Part shown: positions 59,814 to 64,000 of the stretch, piece after piece | Layout: each line of letters opens with the position of its first letter | How positions within the stretch are numbered: the first letter of the stretch is position 1 | Source of the DNA: Halarcobacter sp. | Lineage (GTDB): Bacteria; Campylobacterota; Campylobacteria; Campylobacterales; Arcobacteraceae | Assembly: GCA_963676565.1 (NCBI GenBank) | Contig: OY781089.1 | Coordinates: 1,888,001-1,952,000, forward strand | Length of the DNA stretch: 64,000 nt | Direction of reading: 5' to 3' | Position numbers and translations under genes: made by a program | The notes under the pieces: generated by a model | The model's input: the letters and a program-made list of their open reading frames with translations, nothing else | Told to the model about the DNA's origin: nothing | Database searches by the model: none

Positions 59814-60344
59814 TTGATAGCAAAAATTGGAATTATAACAGCAAGTGACAGAGCAAGTAGAGGGGAATATGAAGATATCTCTGGACAAGCAATAATTGAC
59901 ACTATGAATGATTATTTAACGTCTCCTTGGGAAAGTGTATATAGATGTATTGAAGATGATCAAAAAACAATTGAAGATACTATGAAGGACTTAGTTGATA
60001 ATGAAGGGTGCTGTTTAGTTGTAACAACAGGTGGAACTGGACCTGCTGCAAGGGATGTTACCCCTGAAGCTACTGAAGCTGTATGTGATAGAATGATGCC
60101 AGGTTTTGGAGAGCTTATGAGAGCAGAGTCTCTTAAATTTGTACCAACTGCAATTCTTTCAAGACAAACAGCCGGACTTAGAGGAAGTTCTTTAATTGTA
60201 AATCTTCCTGGAAAACCAAAATCAATAAGAGAATGTCTTGATGCGGTTTTCCCTGCAATACCTTATTGTATTGATTTAATGGAAGGACCATTTTTAGAAT
60301 GTAATGAAGAGGTTATTAAACCTTTTAGACCAAAGAAAAAATAA
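59814..60344 (+). CDS. mog: Molybdopterin adenylyltransferase
   Basis: SDRAS.G.YED, TTGGTG..RDVTPEAT and NLPGKPK motifs. Confidence 0.93.
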   Translation: MIAKIGIITASDRASRGEYEDISGQAIIDTMNDYLTSPWESVYRCIEDDQKTIEDTMKDLVDNEGCCLVVTTGGTGPAARDVTPEATEAVCDRMMPGFGELMRAESLKFVPTAILSRQTAGLRGSSLIVNLPGKPKSIRECLDAVFPAIPYCIDLMEGPFLECNEEVIKPFRPKKK

Positions 60345-60352
60345 TAGCTAAT

Positions 60353-60381
60353 ATGAAATGTACAAAGCATGTACATTTCAT
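60353..60381 (+). terminator. Inverted repeat/terminator after mog
   Basis: ATGAAATGTACA-AAGCA-TGTACATTTCAT, a 12-bp stem. Confidence 0.55.
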
Positions 60382-60508
60382 GTAAAAAGAATGTAAGAAT
60401 TAATAAAAAATAAAATATTTTGTTAATTCTTTAAGATTTACTAAAAAAAAATATTTATTTTATCTTATTTAATTTATAGTTATATATATACTACTAAAAG
60501 AGGTCAAA

Positions 60509-61843
60509 ATGAAAGGTATTTTTTTCGCATTAGTGATGGCTGTTGCAACTTTTTTAATTGCTGGTTTAGCTTTTAATACGCAACATGCAACACTATTTGG
60601 AATTATTGTATTCCTTGTAGCTTTATGGACAAATGAAGCACTACCATTAGGGGTTGTATCTTTACTTCCTATAATTTTATTCCCAAGTTTAGATATTATC
60701 AGTACAAATGCAACTGTAGCAAACTACTCTAAATCTACTATATTTTTATTTTTAGGTGGGTTTATGATGGCTATTGCAACTCAAAAAACTGAACTTCATA
60801 AGTTTATTTCAAATAAACTTTTAACCCTTTTCCCAAATACACCAAGGGGTGTTTTATTTTCATTGTCAATTACAAGTGCTTTTCTAAGTTCACTTATTTC
60901 AAACACCACAACTGCACTTTTATTAATACCAATTGCAATGTTTCTAACTGATAATATAAAGTTAAAAATGAGATTAGTTTTAGCTATTGCCTATGGAGCG
61001 AGTATTGGGGGAATAGTTACACCAATTGGAACACCACCAAACTTAATATTACTGGGGTTTATGGAGCAACATGCAATAGAAGCAATTCCATTTATCAAAT
61101 GGATGATTTTAACAGGACCTTTAGCATTAGCGATGCTAATAGTTGTACCTTTTGTACTATCTTTAGGTGTTCAAGATTTATCTTTTGAAAAAGAATTGTC
61201 AGATAATCAAAAATTAACAGTTGAGCAAAAAAGATTAATGTACATGTTAGGTTCTTTAGTTGTTTTACTTTTAGTAAATTCAAAAATAGAACCATACTAT
61301 TCAGGATTAGGTTTAAATGAAAAAGGAATCCTTCTTGGATACGGACTTTTAATGTTTATACCAAAAATAGGTTTCTTAACATGGGAAGATTCAAAGAAAA
61401 TTCCATATGAAATTATTTTTCTTTTTGGTGCAGGGTTTTCCATTGCAGCTGCATTTTCCCAAACGGGACTTGCTTCCCAAATTGCAAATTATCTATTAGG
61501 TATAACTGATTTTCCAGCGATATTATTGATTTTAATAGTTGCTTCTTTGATTACATTTACAACAGAGATTACTTCAAATACAGCCTTAATCTCAATTGCT
61601 TTACCAATAATCTATTCTTTAAATGAAGTTGCTAATGTTGATATCACACTTATTTTAATGGTTGCAACAATTTGTGCTTCTTATGCCTTTATGCTTCCAA
61701 TTGCTACACCACCAAATGCTATTGCAATGAGTAGTGGTGCAGTAAAAGTAAAAGATATGTCTAAATACGGAATAGTATTTAATATTGTAGGAATAGTATT
61801 TGTTACAATAACCGCCCTTGTTTATTGGCAGTATGCTCTGTAA
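60509..61843 (+). CDS. SLC13/DASS family sodium:anion symporter
   Basis: SNTTT, TPIGTPPN, SNTA and PIATPPNAI motifs. Confidence 0.9.
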   Translation: MKGIFFALVMAVATFLIAGLAFNTQHATLFGIIVFLVALWTNEALPLGVVSLLPIILFPSLDIISTNATVANYSKSTIFLFLGGFMMAIATQKTELHKFISNKLLTLFPNTPRGVLFSLSITSAFLSSLISNTTTALLLIPIAMFLTDNIKLKMRLVLAIAYGASIGGIVTPIGTPPNLILLGFMEQHAIEAIPFIKWMILTGPLALAMLIVVPFVLSLGVQDLSFEKELSDNQKLTVEQKRLMYMLGSLVVLLLVNSKIEPYYSGLGLNEKGILLGYGLLMFIPKIGFLTWEDSKKIPYEIIFLFGAGFSIAAAFSQTGLASQIANYLLGITDFPAILLILIVASLITFTTEITSNTALISIALPIIYSLNEVANVDITLILMVATICASYAFMLPIATPPNAIAMSSGAVKVKDMSKYGIVFNIVGIVFVTITALVYWQYAL

Positions 61844-61856
61844 TAAATTTAAAAAA

Positions 61857-63698
61857 TTAAAAAGAGGTGGTAGTAAAAACTCTTCTATTACCATCTTTTT
61901 TAATTTGAGAGAAGTTATCTAAATAATCTAAGTATGTAATTATATATTTTCTACTTAATGGAAACTTCTCTTTAAAATTTTGAATATCAATATAACCTTC
62001 TGTTGTAATTATATTTTTCATAACTTTTATAATATCTGTTAAAACTCTACTGTGTATAAAAAGATTATGTTGTAACCTTACAACAGCCTTTTTTGCACAT
62101 AAAGATTTTAAAATATCATCTCCCGTTTTTCTATCTAAATCCATCTCATCATAGATATTATATGGAGCAGTTGGAGTTAACCCTTCCTCTTCCAGTCTAT
62201 TTAAAATTATATCTTCTAATGATGTTTTAATATCTACTTTTATGTTTTTATTCTTGTATAGATTTCCCTCTTTTTCTAAGAAGTCTTCTTCTACCAACTG
62301 ATTTAATGCTAAATCAATAAAACTTTCACTTGCCCATTTCATTCTTAAGGCTAATGACGAGTTTGAAAGTAGGGCAAATTGATTTTTTCTATATATCTGT
62401 TTTATAATTTCAACTATTTTATTTTTTGTTTCAATTGGATAGATAACTAAAGCTTTTTCATCAATAAAACAATTATCTAAATCTTTTGCATACTCTAAAG
62501 CCTTTTCATGACTTAAAGCAAATCTTTGAGCAGAAGAAACTAATCCCAAGCCTTTTCTATGGGCATTTAGTAAAACCTTATATGCCTCATTGATATCTTC
62601 TTTTTCTAAAACTTCTAAAAGCTCTAATTTTTGAGATTTTTTCATTGGGTCAATTATTGGATTTAAAATTTTTCCACCAGCTACTGTTTGATTTCCTTCT
62701 CTTATAATGATTTTTTCTTTATAGATTGAAAATATTTCTTCATTAAGCTTCAATATTGCAAAACCATTTTCTGCATCACTTTGGGTATTAAATAAAAGAG
62801 CCTTACCTTCAACTTTTTTAGAGCCTATAAAAATTGAATAGTTTTGATTGTGTTTAAGTTTTTTACCCTTTAAAGCTTTAAAAGAGATGTCAACACTATT
62901 GAATCCTCTTAAATATCCTTTTTTAGAGATTAAAAAACCTTTTTTTATCTCATTAGATTTAATCCCTGAAAGATTTATTGCTGTTCTATTTGATATATTT
63001 GAAACTTCTGTATCTTCTCCATGAACTTGAAGGTTTTTAATTTTTACATCTTTTTTTATATCACAAATAAAAACTTTTTCATTTACTTCAATTGGCTTAC
63101 CTAAAACAGTTCCTGTTACAATCGTTCCGGTACCTTGTGCAGAGAAAATTCTATCAACATAGTATCTAAAAAAGTTTTCTTCAACTTTTGTATTGGCATT
63201 TAGTGTAAAAAGCTTCTCTTTTAATTTATTTATTGAGTTTTCATCATAAATTGAAACAGCACATGAAAATAAAATATCAAAGTCAAACTCTTTTACAAAT
63301 GATTCAATCTCTTCAACAATTTTTGGAAGCTCCTGTTCTTCAACTAAATCTTTTTTTGTAATAGTTAGTATGGCATTTTTTACACCTAATAGGTTTAAAA
63401 TCTCCAAATGCTCTATGGTTTGAGGCATAATTTTTTCAGAAGCACTAACTACAATCATAACACAGTCAAAAGAGAATGCTCCGGCAATCATATTCTTAAC
63501 AAGTTTTTCATGTCCTGGTACATCAATAAATGCAATATTTTGTGTTTCATTACTTAGATTTGAAAAACTTAAATCAATGGTTATTCCTCTTTGTTTTTCC
63601 TCTTTAGTACTATCACCTTCATAACCATTTAAAGCTTTAATTAAAGCTGTTTTACCATGGTCAATATGTCCGCAAGTTCCAATTATGTAATTATTCAT
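61857..63698 (-). CDS. selB: Selenocysteine-specific elongation factor
   Basis: GHIDHGKT, RGITIDL, DVPGHE and TKKD motifs with C-terminal winged-helix domains. Confidence 0.95.
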   Translation of the reverse strand: MNNYIIGTCGHIDHGKTALIKALNGYEGDSTKEEKQRGITIDLSFSNLSNETQNIAFIDVPGHEKLVKNMIAGAFSFDCVMIVVSASEKIMPQTIEHLEILNLLGVKNAILTITKKDLVEEQELPKIVEEIESFVKEFDFDILFSCAVSIYDENSINKLKEKLFTLNANTKVEENFFRYYVDRIFSAQGTGTIVTGTVLGKPIEVNEKVFICDIKKDVKIKNLQVHGEDTEVSNISNRTAINLSGIKSNEIKKGFLISKKGYLRGFNSVDISFKALKGKKLKHNQNYSIFIGSKKVEGKALLFNTQSDAENGFAILKLNEEIFSIYKEKIIIREGNQTVAGGKILNPIIDPMKKSQKLELLEVLEKEDINEAYKVLLNAHRKGLGLVSSAQRFALSHEKALEYAKDLDNCFIDEKALVIYPIETKNKIVEIIKQIYRKNQFALLSNSSLALRMKWASESFIDLALNQLVEEDFLEKEGNLYKNKNIKVDIKTSLEDIILNRLEEEGLTPTAPYNIYDEMDLDRKTGDDILKSLCAKKAVVRLQHNLFIHSRVLTDIIKVMKNIITTEGYIDIQNFKEKFPLSRKYIITYLDYLDNFSQIKKDGNRRVFTTTSF

Positions 63699-64000
63699 TT
63701 ATTATCTCTTTTAAAATATTTTCTATTTGTACTATTTCATCTTTTGCTATTGTTCTAAAATCTAATAGAAATTGTTCATTTTCAATTCTTCCTATAATAT
63801 TTTTGGCTCTTAATAATCTTTCTATTTTATTTGGTTTATAGTTTTTAAAACTTACTGATAGTGCAATAGTTGGTATTTTTTTGTTTGGAGTTGTACCTCC
63901 ACCAATTACAGTTTTTGTTTCTATAACTTCTGTTTTACTAATATCTTTTATTTTTTCTTGTAATAAAATTGCATTTTCTTTTAATTCATCAAGGGATTTA
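63691..64000 (-). CDS. selA: L-seryl-tRNA(Sec) selenium transferase, C-terminal part (runs off the right edge)
   Basis: Hand translation ...TVIGGGTTPNKKIPT...IIGRIENEQFLLDFRTI...EIINE*; overlaps the selB start. Confidence 0.88.
   Translation of the reverse strand, partial: KSLDELKENAILLQEKIKDISKTEVIETKTVIGGGTTPNKKIPTIALSVSFKNYKPNKIERLLRAKNIIGRIENEQFLLDFRTIAKDEIVQIENILKEIINE

Noticed and set aside
61857..64000. tRNA-Sec (selC) or a selenoprotein gene near selAB
   Set aside because: No tRNA-like sequence or in-frame UGA read-through candidate was seen within the window.

Overview
This is an AT-rich bacterial chromosome segment. Gene content and order (metX-xseB, carB-tsaC-like, aroB-mscS-mtaB-AAA-bioV-mog, selA-selB) suggest Campylobacterota, most likely Arcobacteraceae; this is an inference. 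It has four parts. (1) 1-14.6 kb holds housekeeping and metabolic genes, an unannotated 33-aa basic ORF and a radC 5' remnant. (2) 14.6-37.0 kb is a type I secretion locus with unusual parts (PAS-fused HlyD coupled to a LuxR-type regulator; TolC with two C-terminal SPOR-like domains). Its likely substrate is a 5118-aa adhesin with 34 near-identical 315-bp repeats, a vWA domain and RTX motifs. (3) 37.1-52 kb starts with a tRNA-Glu whose anticodon loop is atypical, followed by a variable defence-like region. That region holds sbcDC, a two-gene Lamassu-like system, an orphan PemK/MazF toxin flanked by hairpins, a DUF2779-like dual nuclease, a three-gene module (divergent putative regulator, unannotated 46-aa Asn/Gly-rich peptide, translationally coupled Thg1-like nucleotidyltransferase) and an ORF6N gene. 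A dispersed ~90-bp repeat and duplicated gene 3' ends mark insertion junctions. (4) 52-64 kb holds core genes. The best candidate for an undescribed system is the peptide + Thg1-like module at 47.1-48.5 kb. All family calls come from motif recognition by eye; no searches were run.
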